A stretch of 64,000 nt of DNA from Syntrophorhabdaceae bacterium (GCA_963666485.2 CAXXUO010000002.1:160001-224000); one strand, 5' to 3'. Numbered from the stretch's first letter, positions 47,404 to 56,597 are shown. Made by a program: numbers and translations. Notes: generated by a model from the sequence alone, not told the origin.

Positions 47404-48585
47404 ATGCCGGATACCGCGAAACGTGAGTACTATGTCGACAATCTCAGGACAATGGTCATCATGCTCGTGGTCATGCTTCACCTTGCGGTGACCTACAGCA
47501 GCCTTGGCAGATGGTATTATAACGAGCAAATATACCGGGGATTCTCAAGCCAGGTCTTCTTCGCCACTTTCCAGATGTTCACCCAGTCTTTTTCCATGGG
47601 CCTCATGTTCCTCCTCGCGGGATACTTCACACCGGCATCATATGACAGGAAGGGTTTCGGCAGGTTTGTCACCGACCGCTTCAAACGGCTCGGGCTGCCT
47701 TCCCTTTTGTACCTCCTTGTCATCACACCTTTTATATGCTGGATAATGGTGCCCACCCCGGAATTTACACGGGGCGCAGCAACATTCGGTGAGTTTTACA
47801 GGAACTACATTTTTTCCGGCGGGTATGAATTTCTCGGTGTCGGCCCGATGTGGTTTGCGGTCGCGCTTCTCGGCTTTTCAATAATATACGCGCTGGTCCG
47901 TGCGGTCGTGCCGGGCACCGGCAAAAATGAACGCGGGGATAAAAGGACAAGCTGGGCCATGCTTGCCGGGCTGGTCATTGTTGTCGCCGCGGGCGCGTTC
48001 CTGTTGCGCCTCGTATTCCCCATAGGGTCAATCTCCTACGGAATGCAGCTCTGTTATTTCTCCCAGTACCTGATCCTCTTCACGGCAGGGATCTTTGCAT
48101 ACCGCGGCAATTACCTGGCCAGCATAAGCCCGGCCATGGGCAAAGGGTGCCTCGTTGCAGGCCTCACCGCCGGCACGCTCGGCCTGTTTACGCTGAAAAT
48201 AGCGGCGGGGATGTATGACCTTTCCTCATTCAGGATCGTCCTCAACCCGCCCCGGGGGACATTCGCAGGCGGCATCACGTGGCCAAGCATTTCGTTCGCC
48301 GTCCTGGAATCATTTATCGCCGTGACCATGTCTGCCGGGCTCATCGCCCAGTTCCGCGAAAAAATGAATTTCTCGAACCCGTTGACCAAAAAACTTTCGG
48401 ACAGCTCGTTTGCCGTCTACATGTTCCACCCGCCGATCATTATCGCCATCACCCTCGCGATACAGGCCCTCGTATTCGCTCCCGTGCCAAAGTGGGCCGT
48501 AGCAAGCATCATCTCAGTCCCGGTCTGCTTTTTTCTCGGGTACCGGGTGCTGCTCAAAGTGCCCGTTCTCAAGAAGATCCTTTAA
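47404..48585 (+). CDS. Acyltransferase family 3 (OpgC-like), paralog of 2201-3316
   Basis: REYYVDNLR...H; FLLAGYFTPASYDRKG; GPMWF; YMFH. Confidence 0.85.
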   Translation: MPDTAKREYYVDNLRTMVIMLVVMLHLAVTYSSLGRWYYNEQIYRGFSSQVFFATFQMFTQSFSMGLMFLLAGYFTPASYDRKGFGRFVTDRFKRLGLPSLLYLLVITPFICWIMVPTPEFTRGAATFGEFYRNYIFSGGYEFLGVGPMWFAVALLGFSIIYALVRAVVPGTGKNERGDKRTSWAMLAGLVIVVAAGAFLLRLVFPIGSISYGMQLCYFSQYLILFTAGIFAYRGNYLASISPAMGKGCLVAGLTAGTLGLFTLKIAAGMYDLSSFRIVLNPPRGTFAGGITWPSISFAVLESFIAVTMSAGLIAQFREKMNFSNPLTKKLSDSSFAVYMFHPPIIIAITLAIQALVFAPVPKWAVASIISVPVCFFLGYRVLLKVPVLKKIL

Positions 48586-48712
48586 AAGAAGGTTCAAAGT
48601 TCAAGGTTCAACAAAAACCGAATCGATCCTTTTTGATCATGATCCCGGGCTTAACCCGGGACCCGAGGTTTTTTTCTTGCATTGAACCTTGAACCTTGAA
48701 CCATTTTTTATA

Positions 48713-48921
48713 CGTCATCCCGGTGCTTGACACCGGGATCCAAGGTTTGGTTTTTATTTGTTTTTCTCCATTTCTTTCTTGCGATAAAAGCCTAAAAAAA
48801 GAAAAACCTTGGATTCCGGTGTCAAGCACCGGAATGACGGCGGGTTGTGGATTCCGGCGTCAAGCGTGGAATAACGACCTTAATTAGAGTGGCAACACGG
48901 TCTCGAAGGCGGGAATGACGG
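48713..48921. repeat. Paired REP-like element (48713-48839) plus degenerate extra arms
   Basis: CGTCATCCCGGTGCTTGACACCGGGATCCAAGG ... CCTTGGATTCCGGTGTCAAGCACCGGAATGACG. Confidence 0.85.
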
Positions 48922-48950
48922 GCGAGAGGGACGGGGATGTCGTGCGCTGT

Positions 48951-49163
48951 GTCGAGCGGGGACGTCCTTAAGAAAGTCGAGCGGGGACGTCCTTAAGAAA
49001 GTAAGAAAAGTGTCGAGCGGGGACGTCCTTAAGAAAGTAAGAAAAGTCAAAATATTTAGAGTCGGTCGTAGGGTAATTATCACAGAATTGATCATCCGGC
49101 AGCAGGGCAAGAAGCTTAGATTGATCGAGGGATAAGGTTACTTACTTTCTTAAGGACGTCCCC
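48951..49163. mobile_element. MITE-like element with a 23-bp perfect inverted repeat and a triplicated left end
   Basis: GGGGACGTCCTTAAGAAAGTAAG at 49019-49041, reverse complement at 49141-49163; left-end copies at 48951, 48976 and 49012; empty-site-like junction at 49352-49380. Confidence 0.6.
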
Positions 49164-49460
49164 TTACTCCTCATTTAAAAGAAGGTTCAAAGTTCAAGGT
49201 TCAAGGTTCAAGGTTCAACAAAAAACCGAATCGATCCTTCTTGATCATGATCCCGAACTTAACCCGGGACCCGAGGTTTTTTTCTTGCATTGAACCTTGA
49301 ACCTTGAACTTTGAACATTTTCTATACGTCATCCCGGTGCTTGACACCGTAGTCGAGCGGGGACGTCCCCTTACTCCTCATTGAACCTTGAACTTTGAAC
49401 CTTGAACCATTTTCTACTTGAATCCAATGACTTTGTCTTTTTAGGGGAAAATGTCTTTGC

Positions 49461-49489
49461 GTGGAACGTGGAACGTGGAACCTGGAACC
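49461..49489. repeat. GTGGAAC 7-bp tandem repeat
   Basis: (GTGGAAC)x3-CTGGAAC. Confidence 0.75.
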
Positions 49490-49506
49490 CCTTTTTTAGG
49501 GGGGGG

Positions 49507-49980
49507 TTACGGTGTTACGGTCACTGTGATGTGGTCGCTGTATGAACCTGTGGAGACATTCTGGCCTGCAGGTATCCGGCCGTAAAAGATCTCCGAGGCA
49601 GCCCAGGGCTCAGGCCTTCCCCCGGGACGTCTGAACTGGACGATGCTCGTGCCGCTTGTTCCGTCGCCCCAGATCGCGGCGCGGGCCGATGATGTGTAAA
49701 TGTTATAGTTGAGCACGTCCGACCCCGTCGCAAGCTTCATGCCGCGCGGGTTGAAGCGGCCCGTTGTTGCGCTGGCGCTTATCGTGACATTAGCCGTGCC
49801 CACATCCCGTGTGCAGTTCACATACACCCGGCCCGAATCGCTGTCAACCGGCGTCGATACAAACACGTCGTAGGACATGAACGCCACGTTTGTCACCGAC
49901 ATTGAGCAGGCGGCATCAGCAGATACGGTTACCAGCAGAAAAAAGAAACAGAGAAAATATGCCCTGACTAAAATATTCAT
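49507..49980 (-). CDS. Spore coat U/Csu-type pilin subunit
   Basis: Signal peptide; two Cys; LNYNIY...WGDGT, YGRIPAGQ..TGSYSD. Confidence 0.9.
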   Translation of the reverse strand: MNILVRAYFLCFFFLLVTVSADAACSMSVTNVAFMSYDVFVSTPVDSDSGRVYVNCTRDVGTANVTISASATTGRFNPRGMKLATGSDVLNYNIYTSSARAAIWGDGTSGTSIVQFRRPGGRPEPWAASEIFYGRIPAGQNVSTGSYSDHITVTVTP

Positions 49981-50032
49981 GTGCTCCGTATTATACCAGA
50001 ATTGACGGGCCTGTTCCTAACAGAAAATGATC

Positions 50033-52480
50033 TCAGCGGCTGCTGCAGGTCACGGTCCCCAGGTCTGTGATCACGTCATCGCTTTTGGGTATAACGAGAT
50101 CGAACGAACAGGGCTTGTCCTTATACGTGAACGAAGCCGCGTATTTGCCCGGCTTGACATTCTCGAAATAGAACTCCCCGCCCTTGCCGGTAGGAAATAC
50201 GACCTCCTTGCCGTCTACCTGCATGGTCACTTCGAAAAACTCCGCCGGCTTTGTCACCCCGCCCTCCTTCACGTGCAGCATGCCCGTGGTCGCGATGAAT
50301 TTCACGACATCGAACCGGATGTGCGAACCGCTCCGCAAGGGAGGCGAGACGTACCTCGTAAGCTCGCCGATCGTATGGTCCATGGGTATGTCTTTTTGAT
50401 TGATCGCCACCTGGTTGTCCATGTACGAATTGAGGGTCGGCACGAAGACCTTGCCCGAAGCATCCGTCTTGCCGATCTGCGCGCCGTTCACTGTCACACC
50501 GACCCCTTTCACATCCCCTGTCTGCACGACGCCGAAACTGTCGGTTATGGGCCTCGCGAGCCCGAAGGTCCCGCCGGTATAGGCAATGGCCCCTGCGGCC
50601 GTGAGGCGCAGGGCATCAGTTTTCGTCGAACCCGTATAAATCCCTTTGTATTCGCCTGTATATATGCCGTATTTGCCATTGTACTGGAAGAACGGGTTCA
50701 ACGTCTCGGACGTGGTCCCGTTTATCTCCGACCTTTCGCCGCTCACCCGGTACCCGTAGCCTTCGCCGACAGGGACGTTCTTCGTATAGTCGATCCTCTG
50801 GACATTCTGGTCTTTATCCTGCGTATAACTGGCCGACAGTGTCGAGTTGTTCGCAAAGTAGTAATTGAAACTTATGAAGAACTGATTTGACGTTGTCTCG
50901 TTCCTCACATGCTTGAACGATGCAAGGACCACCGAATTCCTCGTGATATTTCTCGAATAGGACGCCATGTATTCCCTGGCGTCCTGGTCTATGTATTTTT
51001 TGATCTCGGAATAGTTCAGCGAGAGCGACCCGAATTCCCTGGTCCCGAAACCAATACCGGCCCCGAACTCGTACTTGGTCCCCACGGTGGTGGCCGGGAG
51101 CTCCTGCGGAGCCAGTACAGTATTGATCAATCCCGCTGATGGCGTGATGATGGACGATGTAGCGGATGCCGAGCCTTCATTGCCAACCATCATATAATAC
51201 CGCGAGTAGTGTTTGTAAAGCAGCCTCCAGTTCCACACCCTGCCCTGGAAACCGTAGTTCACGAGCCCCGCGTTGCCGTCGCCCACCGTGTCGTTGTGGC
51301 TTAAGGAATAGTTGAGGACCAGCGTGCCGAAACGCCACAGGGTCAATGCGACCAGCGGGCTGAAAAGATATGTTTTTCGCGTCCCTTCCGCATTGAACCC
51401 GACATTGAACGCATCGGTCACACCGTACTTGTGGTATGCAGAAAACGCCAGGTCTCCATAGTCATTGCTCTCTACCCCGTATTGCTGCCTCAGGAAACCG
51501 ACATTATAGCTGTATTCATGGAGCCCCTTACTTAAGAGGACATCGTTGAAATAATAAGGCAGGCGGTACCGCGTCTCTCTCCCGAAGGAATCCTTCATCA
51601 CGACCTCCACGAACCGCGCACCGCCATAATAGTTGATGTCGTTGAGGGAAAATTTCCCGGGGCCGATCTTCTGGGCCGCTATCTTCGTTCCGTCGAGATA
51701 GATGTCCGCTTCGGACGGCAATGTTGCCAGCCCCGTAAAATTGAACGTGGGACGCTTCACAAAATACGGGTCCATGCTGTAGACCTTTGAAAAGCTCAAA
51801 CCCCCGAGATTGAGGGTGCTCCCCAGGTCTCCGCCGACCGCATAGAAATCGCCTGCTATGAAACGCTGAAGCGTATTCCTCCTGTCATAGGTCATGCTGC
51901 TCATAAGCCTCGTGAAGGTCTCCTGCTCCTTCGTATCCTGGTAGGAGAAATTCGACAGGAAGAGGAGGTCTTTGAGGCGAACACCTACCTCGCTCGTCGC
52001 ATTGAAGCTCTGAAACGCGAATGAGTCACCCGAATTGTGCTCGAGGCCGTAATTAAAAAAGACACTTGAATCCCGCGGGTAATACACCTTCTGCTGCCTT
52101 TTGGCCGCAAAATCGAAGGACCTGGTCGCAAGCAGGTCCGGTTTCGCCGTGATGTTAAGAGTCAGCGTCTTTTCATCGAAGACGAACGTGACCCCTTCAA
52201 TGGATTTGAGGGACAGGAACGGCTCGCCCGCGACCTGCGTGATCTTGCCCGCCGGTTCGCTGAACCCCATGGACTTGAGGTCGTCCGTTTTGATGAGAAA
52301 ATCCCCGTCCCCGGTCATTTGGACAAAAATCTCACCCTTGGCTTCCTGGTTGAGGGTAATATTCATGACCAGGGTCTCGTCAGCCTGAACGCCTACGGGG
52401 AGGGACAGGATCAGGCAGAATAGAATGAAACGCAGTATGGAGGGGATATTTCGGATGTCTTTACTTGCACATCGATGCAT
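50033..52480 (-). CDS. Fimbrial outer-membrane usher (CsuD-like)
   Basis: FTRL, GDF, LGGLSF, PYFV..P, GL.EYSY..GFLR, ARPITDSF; 815 aa, beta-rich. Confidence 0.92.
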   Translation of the reverse strand: MHRCASKDIRNIPSILRFILFCLILSLPVGVQADETLVMNITLNQEAKGEIFVQMTGDGDFLIKTDDLKSMGFSEPAGKITQVAGEPFLSLKSIEGVTFVFDEKTLTLNITAKPDLLATRSFDFAAKRQQKVYYPRDSSVFFNYGLEHNSGDSFAFQSFNATSEVGVRLKDLLFLSNFSYQDTKEQETFTRLMSSMTYDRRNTLQRFIAGDFYAVGGDLGSTLNLGGLSFSKVYSMDPYFVKRPTFNFTGLATLPSEADIYLDGTKIAAQKIGPGKFSLNDINYYGGARFVEVVMKDSFGRETRYRLPYYFNDVLLSKGLHEYSYNVGFLRQQYGVESNDYGDLAFSAYHKYGVTDAFNVGFNAEGTRKTYLFSPLVALTLWRFGTLVLNYSLSHNDTVGDGNAGLVNYGFQGRVWNWRLLYKHYSRYYMMVGNEGSASATSSIITPSAGLINTVLAPQELPATTVGTKYEFGAGIGFGTREFGSLSLNYSEIKKYIDQDAREYMASYSRNITRNSVVLASFKHVRNETTSNQFFISFNYYFANNSTLSASYTQDKDQNVQRIDYTKNVPVGEGYGYRVSGERSEINGTTSETLNPFFQYNGKYGIYTGEYKGIYTGSTKTDALRLTAAGAIAYTGGTFGLARPITDSFGVVQTGDVKGVGVTVNGAQIGKTDASGKVFVPTLNSYMDNQVAINQKDIPMDHTIGELTRYVSPPLRSGSHIRFDVVKFIATTGMLHVKEGGVTKPAEFFEVTMQVDGKEVVFPTGKGGEFYFENVKPGKYAASFTYKDKPCSFDLVIPKSDDVITDLGTVTCSSR

Positions 52481-53216
52481 CGGTATTCAATTTGTGCTTC
52501 AAATTGACTTTGTCCGTAACAACCTCGACATCAAGGGTCGCGGTCTTTATGCACGCATCGCGCGCAAGGGGGGCCGAGTACGTTCTCGATACACCGCTCA
52601 GGAGATACCAGCCGCTCAGGTCTTTTGCAAAGGTCTGCCCGCCCTTTGAGTCCCGGCCAACCAGCTTCACTGTATTGATCACCAGGTGCACATTCCCCGT
52701 ATTGCTGACCGAAAGGGTGACGGTGCCCTTCGACAGGTCGCATCTCTCGACGGCCCCCCGCACCTCTTCCTTGACAGGCTGGGAAAAGATCGGGACGCCG
52801 AACCGGATGGCGACCGCTATGGCGGTCCCCTGTGCCTTCTTCGGTTCGGGAATCTCCTCGATGAATAAACGGTACGTTTTTTCTTTCGCCACGGCGGGTA
52901 TTTTTATGCCTGCCCGTATGACGCGTTCGCCCTTTGGGTCGACGGTCATGATCTTGGGAAAGAATATGAGGTCCTGCGTCTCCTCGTAGACATCCTTGCC
53001 CGCTGCGTCCTGGGTCCATTCAAACGCCTTCATCTGGCACTGCAGCTTCTCTTCCGCTTCATTGGTCACCGTAATGACCCCGGTCTTTGCCCGTGCATCG
53101 AGGACAAGGCGTATGGGCGTGACCCTGAACTCCCCACCCTGCGCACTGCCGGACAGGAGGACAAAAATGCAGATCAGGGACGCAAAAACAACGTAAAACA
53201 TAGTACGGATGGACAT
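52461..53216 (-). CDS. Fimbrial periplasmic chaperone (CsuC/PapD-like)
   Basis: VTPIR, W.Q, FFP, EKTYRLFIEEIP, FGVPIF, NTGNVH. Confidence 0.92.
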   Translation of the reverse strand: MSIRTMFYVVFASLICIFVLLSGSAQGGEFRVTPIRLVLDARAKTGVITVTNEAEEKLQCQMKAFEWTQDAAGKDVYEETQDLIFFPKIMTVDPKGERVIRAGIKIPAVAKEKTYRLFIEEIPEPKKAQGTAIAVAIRFGVPIFSQPVKEEVRGAVERCDLSKGTVTLSVSNTGNVHLVINTVKLVGRDSKGGQTFAKDLSGWYLLSGVSRTYSAPLARDACIKTATLDVEVVTDKVNLKHKLNTDASMCK

Positions 53217-53321
53217 TTGACACTATATATCACAGAAGCCGAGAATATTACAAGGATGATAAGGTTGTTACGACTGATTTCTTCAGACGGGTACTTTTGA
53301 GCGCCTGATACCCCCTGTCGC

Positions 53322-53454
53322 CGTCATTCCGGCTTGCCGGAATCCAGTGTCTTTCGTTTTTCTTGGGAAAAGGCTTCTTTCCGACACTCTGAAACTTCCA
53401 AATGTTCTTCTTTTAAAGACACTGGATTCCGCCGCAAAAGCCGGCGGAATGACG
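53322..53454. repeat. Paired REP-like palindromic element inside the pilus cluster
   Basis: CGTCATTCCGGCTTGCCGGAATCCAGTGTCTTT ... AAAGACACTGGATTCCGCCG..CGGCGGAATGACG. Confidence 0.85.
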
Positions 53455-53491
53455 AAGAGGCAGAGCCGCGATGCGGAGATAAACCGTTAGC

Positions 53492-54610
53492 CTATACGGG
53501 CCGTGCCGAGATGTTCAGAGGCCATGCGTACGTGCCGGGCTGTGCGTCCTTGGCGAGGACGAAGCGGTAGCTCAAGTCGATCGCGACGGGTACCCGTGCA
53601 AAGGGCTGCGTCACCCAGCCGGCTGACTCTATATAGACATCCCGTCCGCCTCCCTTGACGTGCACGCCCTTGATAAAGTTCATCGGACCGCCGAACCCTT
53701 CGAACACGATAAGGCACCCGGCGGGGTTGTTGTTGTTCACCTCGATGCGCGAGGCTGTGGGAACATCCACGTAACCGCGGGCGATATCGGCATTCGTTAT
53801 GACAAGCTCGGCCGACTGCTTTAAGACCTTCAGCTTGACGTAGGGAAGGACGTGGGCAGTGACCATGACCTTCGCCGATGAACCTTTTGTTTGAGGCTGG
53901 CCCGTGGAGTGCGCCTTTGTGGGGACAACGGCACCCGCAAGGGCAAGTGATGCCACAAGGGCAGCGGTGACCAGTTTCCGCTGAAGCGTGAGGACCCGGT
54001 CGATTTGCTGAGGTATTACGTAGCCGGCCTCTACCAGGATCTCGCCGATCTTCTTCTGCGACTGCCTCTGTTTTTGGAGGGCATCGTCAAGCTGGGCGCG
54101 GGTGACCTGGCCTGTGGCAACAAGGAGCTCACCGAGCCTGAGTTTTCCTTCTTCCGGCTTCTTTGAACCCTGCCGTCTCTGGAAATCCAGGATCGTCTTT
54201 AATTCCTTGCTGGTGAGAAGTCCATGCCGCAGCAATAACTCACCGATCTTCTCACCGGTCTCTTTCTGTTCGTTCAACAGGCTCTCGAGGTCGCGCCGCG
54301 AGATATATTTCGCCTCGAGGAGGAGTTCGCCGAGCATCCGCCTCGTGCCCGCGGCAAGTTTCAACGCATCCCGGGGGTTGGCGAGGTCCTTCTGGACCGC
54401 AAGGACCGCTTCAAGGTCCCGCGTATCGAGGAGGCCCATACCGATAAGGATCTCGCCCAGCTGCCTGTTTGTCTCCTTCTGCAGCTTGATCGAACGGTCG
54501 AGGTCCTTTTTCGTCACAAACCTCCCGTCTACCAGTATCCTTCCCAGGAGCCGTTTGACAAGCAGAGAACCCAGCCTGCCTTTCGCCTTCTTCACCTGAG
54601 CCGTTGCCAC
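53492..54610 (-). CDS. Three MshEN-like modules fused via an internal signal/TM segment to a pilin-like beta domain
   Basis: Six (R/K)LGxxLxxxGx6LxxxLxxQ-type half-motifs in aa 21-210; RKLVTAALVASLALAGAVVPTKAHS; C-terminal PGTYAWPLNIS. Confidence 0.85.
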   Translation of the reverse strand: MATAQVKKAKGRLGSLLVKRLLGRILVDGRFVTKKDLDRSIKLQKETNRQLGEILIGMGLLDTRDLEAVLAVQKDLANPRDALKLAAGTRRMLGELLLEAKYISRRDLESLLNEQKETGEKIGELLLRHGLLTSKELKTILDFQRRQGSKKPEEGKLRLGELLVATGQVTRAQLDDALQKQRQSQKKIGEILVEAGYVIPQQIDRVLTLQRKLVTAALVASLALAGAVVPTKAHSTGQPQTKGSSAKVMVTAHVLPYVKLKVLKQSAELVITNADIARGYVDVPTASRIEVNNNNPAGCLIVFEGFGGPMNFIKGVHVKGGGRDVYIESAGWVTQPFARVPVAIDLSYRFVLAKDAQPGTYAWPLNISARPV

Positions 54611-54639
54611 GCCCCTGTCTCCTTTAAGGTCTCGCCATG

Positions 54640-54683
54640 GAGCACCGCTGCCGTTATATTATTACGGCAGCCTTCGCGTGCTC
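54640..54683. other. Stem-loop between the pilin gene and the MshEN-fusion gene
   Basis: GAGCAC..GCTGCCGT-N9-ACGGCAGC..GTGCTC; no clear U tract. Confidence 0.5.
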
Positions 54684-54718
54684 TCAGGCATCTTCCCTGC
54701 ACCAGCCGTCACGTGCGA

Positions 54719-55186
54719 TCACGGGGTTATGCTCAGCACCACCGTGTCCGCATAGTTGGCTGCAGTCTTTCCCGTATAATCGGGGCCCAGGACCTGCCCG
54801 TCGATCGTGAGGGTCCTTGGTGTTGCCGGTCCCGCATTGGGATTCGCATCTTTCGTCAGCGTCAGGGTATACGGGATCAAGTCGCCGGAGCCCGCATCTT
54901 TCATGTTTCTCTTACCGCCCGCAAAGTTCACGCCGTTGTCGGCGGCGACCGCGTCTGTCGACGTGCCTTTTGTGCACCAGAACTGGGTCGTGGTGCTTCC
55001 GTTTACCGTCGTCCCGACTGACGGGTCAAGGGCCCCGAAATTCAACGTGCTGGTGGTCGAAACGAATTTACAGGTCCCCGTGACGCTTGCCTGCACCGTC
55101 AGCGTGTTGCTGCCCGCAGCCATGACCGTCCCGCACAACAATAGAACAAACATACCCGCGACGAACAATAAAGTGAGCGTTTTCAT
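54719..55186 (-). CDS. Spore coat U/Csu-type pilin subunit
   Basis: Signal peptide; LTVQASVTGTC, LNFG.LDP, FWCTKG, IPY, Y.DTV.LSITP. Confidence 0.92.
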   Translation of the reverse strand: MKTLTLLFVAGMFVLLLCGTVMAAGSNTLTVQASVTGTCKFVSTTSTLNFGALDPSVGTTVNGSTTTQFWCTKGTSTDAVAADNGVNFAGGKRNMKDAGSGDLIPYTLTLTKDANPNAGPATPRTLTIDGQVLGPDYTGKTAANYADTVVLSITP

Positions 55187-55198
55187 TTTCCTCTCCTT

Positions 55199-55353
55199 TG
55201 GTGCAATATCTCTATTGCACCATGTCTTAATATAGTCACACTTTGTATTACAGTCAACAGAATACTTTGAATCTCCCTCTGTTTCCTTGTATATGGTCTC
55301 GCGCACATTACCCTGTCCTGCCGATATTCTACCTAATTGCATTTCATAGTCAA
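55199..55353 (-). promoter_or_regulatory. Two candidate sigma-70 promoters and a palindrome upstream of the third pilin gene
   Basis: TTGACT-N17-TATATT (55257-55229); TTGACT-N16-TAGAAT (55353-55326); 9-bp inverted repeat TGGTGCAAT-N6-ATTGCACCA (55199-55222). Confidence 0.55.
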
Positions 55354-55385
55354 TATGTAGGTTTGTTTTACACATGCCATTTCCT

Positions 55386-55898
55386 TCACGGCGTGATCGT
55401 TATGACCACTGTATCTGCGAAATTCCCCGCACGTGCACCCGCGTAGTCAGTACCTTTCACCGTGCCGGTTATGGTCAGCGTCCGGTTGGTGTTCCTCGGC
55501 ACCGTACCGTTCGTGGGGCTCAGCGCGATGGTATAGGGCAAATATTCCGTCGTTACCGTCGCATGCCGCATCCTGGGGGCATTGGGGCCCGTCTCGTAAC
55601 GGCCGCTGTCATGGGTTATCGCGTACGCGGCGATGGGTGCGGTCCCTCCGCACCGGAATGTCGTCGTTGTATTGACGGTCTTGTCTGACGGGCTGCCCGG
55701 GTCAAGCGTACCGAAAGCGAGAGTGGAGGTGGCCGTATTGAATCGGCAGTTGCTGTTCGATACGACGGTGGCAGACACGGAAAGATTGATGCCGGCGGCC
55801 TGGGCCGTGCTTGCCATGACCAGGGAGCAGCATGCCGTGACCATTAGTATGATCACGGCTGCCTTTAAGTGCTCTCTTATGGCTGAGCTAGTTCTCAC
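55386..55898 (-). CDS. Spore coat U/Csu-type pilin subunit
   Basis: LSVSATV..NC, LAFGTLDP, FRC, LPY, ADTVVITITP. Confidence 0.9.
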   Translation of the reverse strand: MRTSSAIREHLKAAVIILMVTACCSLVMASTAQAAGINLSVSATVVSNSNCRFNTATSTLAFGTLDPGSPSDKTVNTTTTFRCGGTAPIAAYAITHDSGRYETGPNAPRMRHATVTTEYLPYTIALSPTNGTVPRNTNRTLTITGTVKGTDYAGARAGNFADTVVITITP

Positions 55899-55932
55899 GT
55901 GCTCTCCGGCCGGTCCTTTTTATGCCTTTCTC

Positions 55933-56394
55933 TCACGGGGTTATGGTCAACGTCACCGTGTCTGTATAGCTGCCCGCGGTCTTGCTCGTATAATCGGTAC
56001 CCAGCACCTGTCCGGCTACCGTCAACGTCCTCGGCGATCCCGGGCCGGCGTTGGCGCTTCCGTCGGGAGTCAGCGTCAGGGTGTACGGGATGAGATCGGT
56101 CGCCGTTGCATGCTTCATATTTCTCTTTGTACCGTCCCAGTTGGAGCCCTGGCCGGCGCTCAGTGTTTCGGTCGTGCCCTTCGTACACCAGAACTGGGTC
56201 GTGGTGCTCCCGTTAACGTTTGTCCCCACTGAAGGGTCGAGGGCACCGAAATTCAAGGTGCTGGTGGCCGATGAGAACTTGCAGGTCCCTGTGACGCTTG
56301 CCTGCACTGTCAGTGTGTTCGTGCCCGAGGCCAGAACGGTGCCCGCTACAAGGATAAATCCAACTGCCAGTACTGCGATCAGGTTCTTCTTCAT
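55933..56394 (-). CDS. Spore coat U/Csu-type pilin subunit (close paralog of 54719-55186)
   Basis: GGAGG RBS; NTLTVQASVTGTCKF...FWCTKG...YTDTVTLTITP. Confidence 0.92.
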   Translation of the reverse strand: MKKNLIAVLAVGFILVAGTVLASGTNTLTVQASVTGTCKFSSATSTLNFGALDPSVGTNVNGSTTTQFWCTKGTTETLSAGQGSNWDGTKRNMKHATATDLIPYTLTLTPDGSANAGPGSPRTLTVAGQVLGTDYTSKTAGSYTDTVTLTITP

Positions 56395-56597
56395 TGTGTC
56401 CTCCCTTATTTCATCTGAGTATTTTTTACAATGCATTAACTTCACCTGACCTAAGCTTACGCACGAATTACCATGTAATCAAGATGTCATACCATTTTAC
56501 TATGTTAAATGATTTTACAGGGGATGGAAGGCAGCGCCGGCTCGAAAGGGGACCAATTCGGCGGCCGGCGCGTTGAAATGTATACGCTTAATGGAGG

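Larger units (their letters stand above)
48581..49349. repeat. Imperfect direct repeat (48581-48735 and 49174-49349) built of AAGGTTC/GAACCTT heptamer arms and REP-like arms
   Basis: The two copies align almost base for base and differ mainly in heptamer count. Confidence 0.9.

Noticed and set aside
48951..49047. Three 25-36 bp direct repeats as a CRISPR array
   Set aside because: The units are essentially adjacent with no unique spacers and no cas genes; better explained as duplicated element ends
48608..49110. Short ORFs in the repeat region (WIPVSSTGMT, FLTFLRTSP)
   Set aside because: Translations of REP arms and element ends
49048..49135. Possible 3' remnant of a transposase inside the MITE (...GKKLRLIEG*)
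   Set aside because: Too short and lacks any diagnostic motif
53492..54610. Calling the MshEN protein a PilB/GspE ATPase or pseudogene
   Set aside because: No Walker motifs; the ORF is intact and continues into a secreted-type domain
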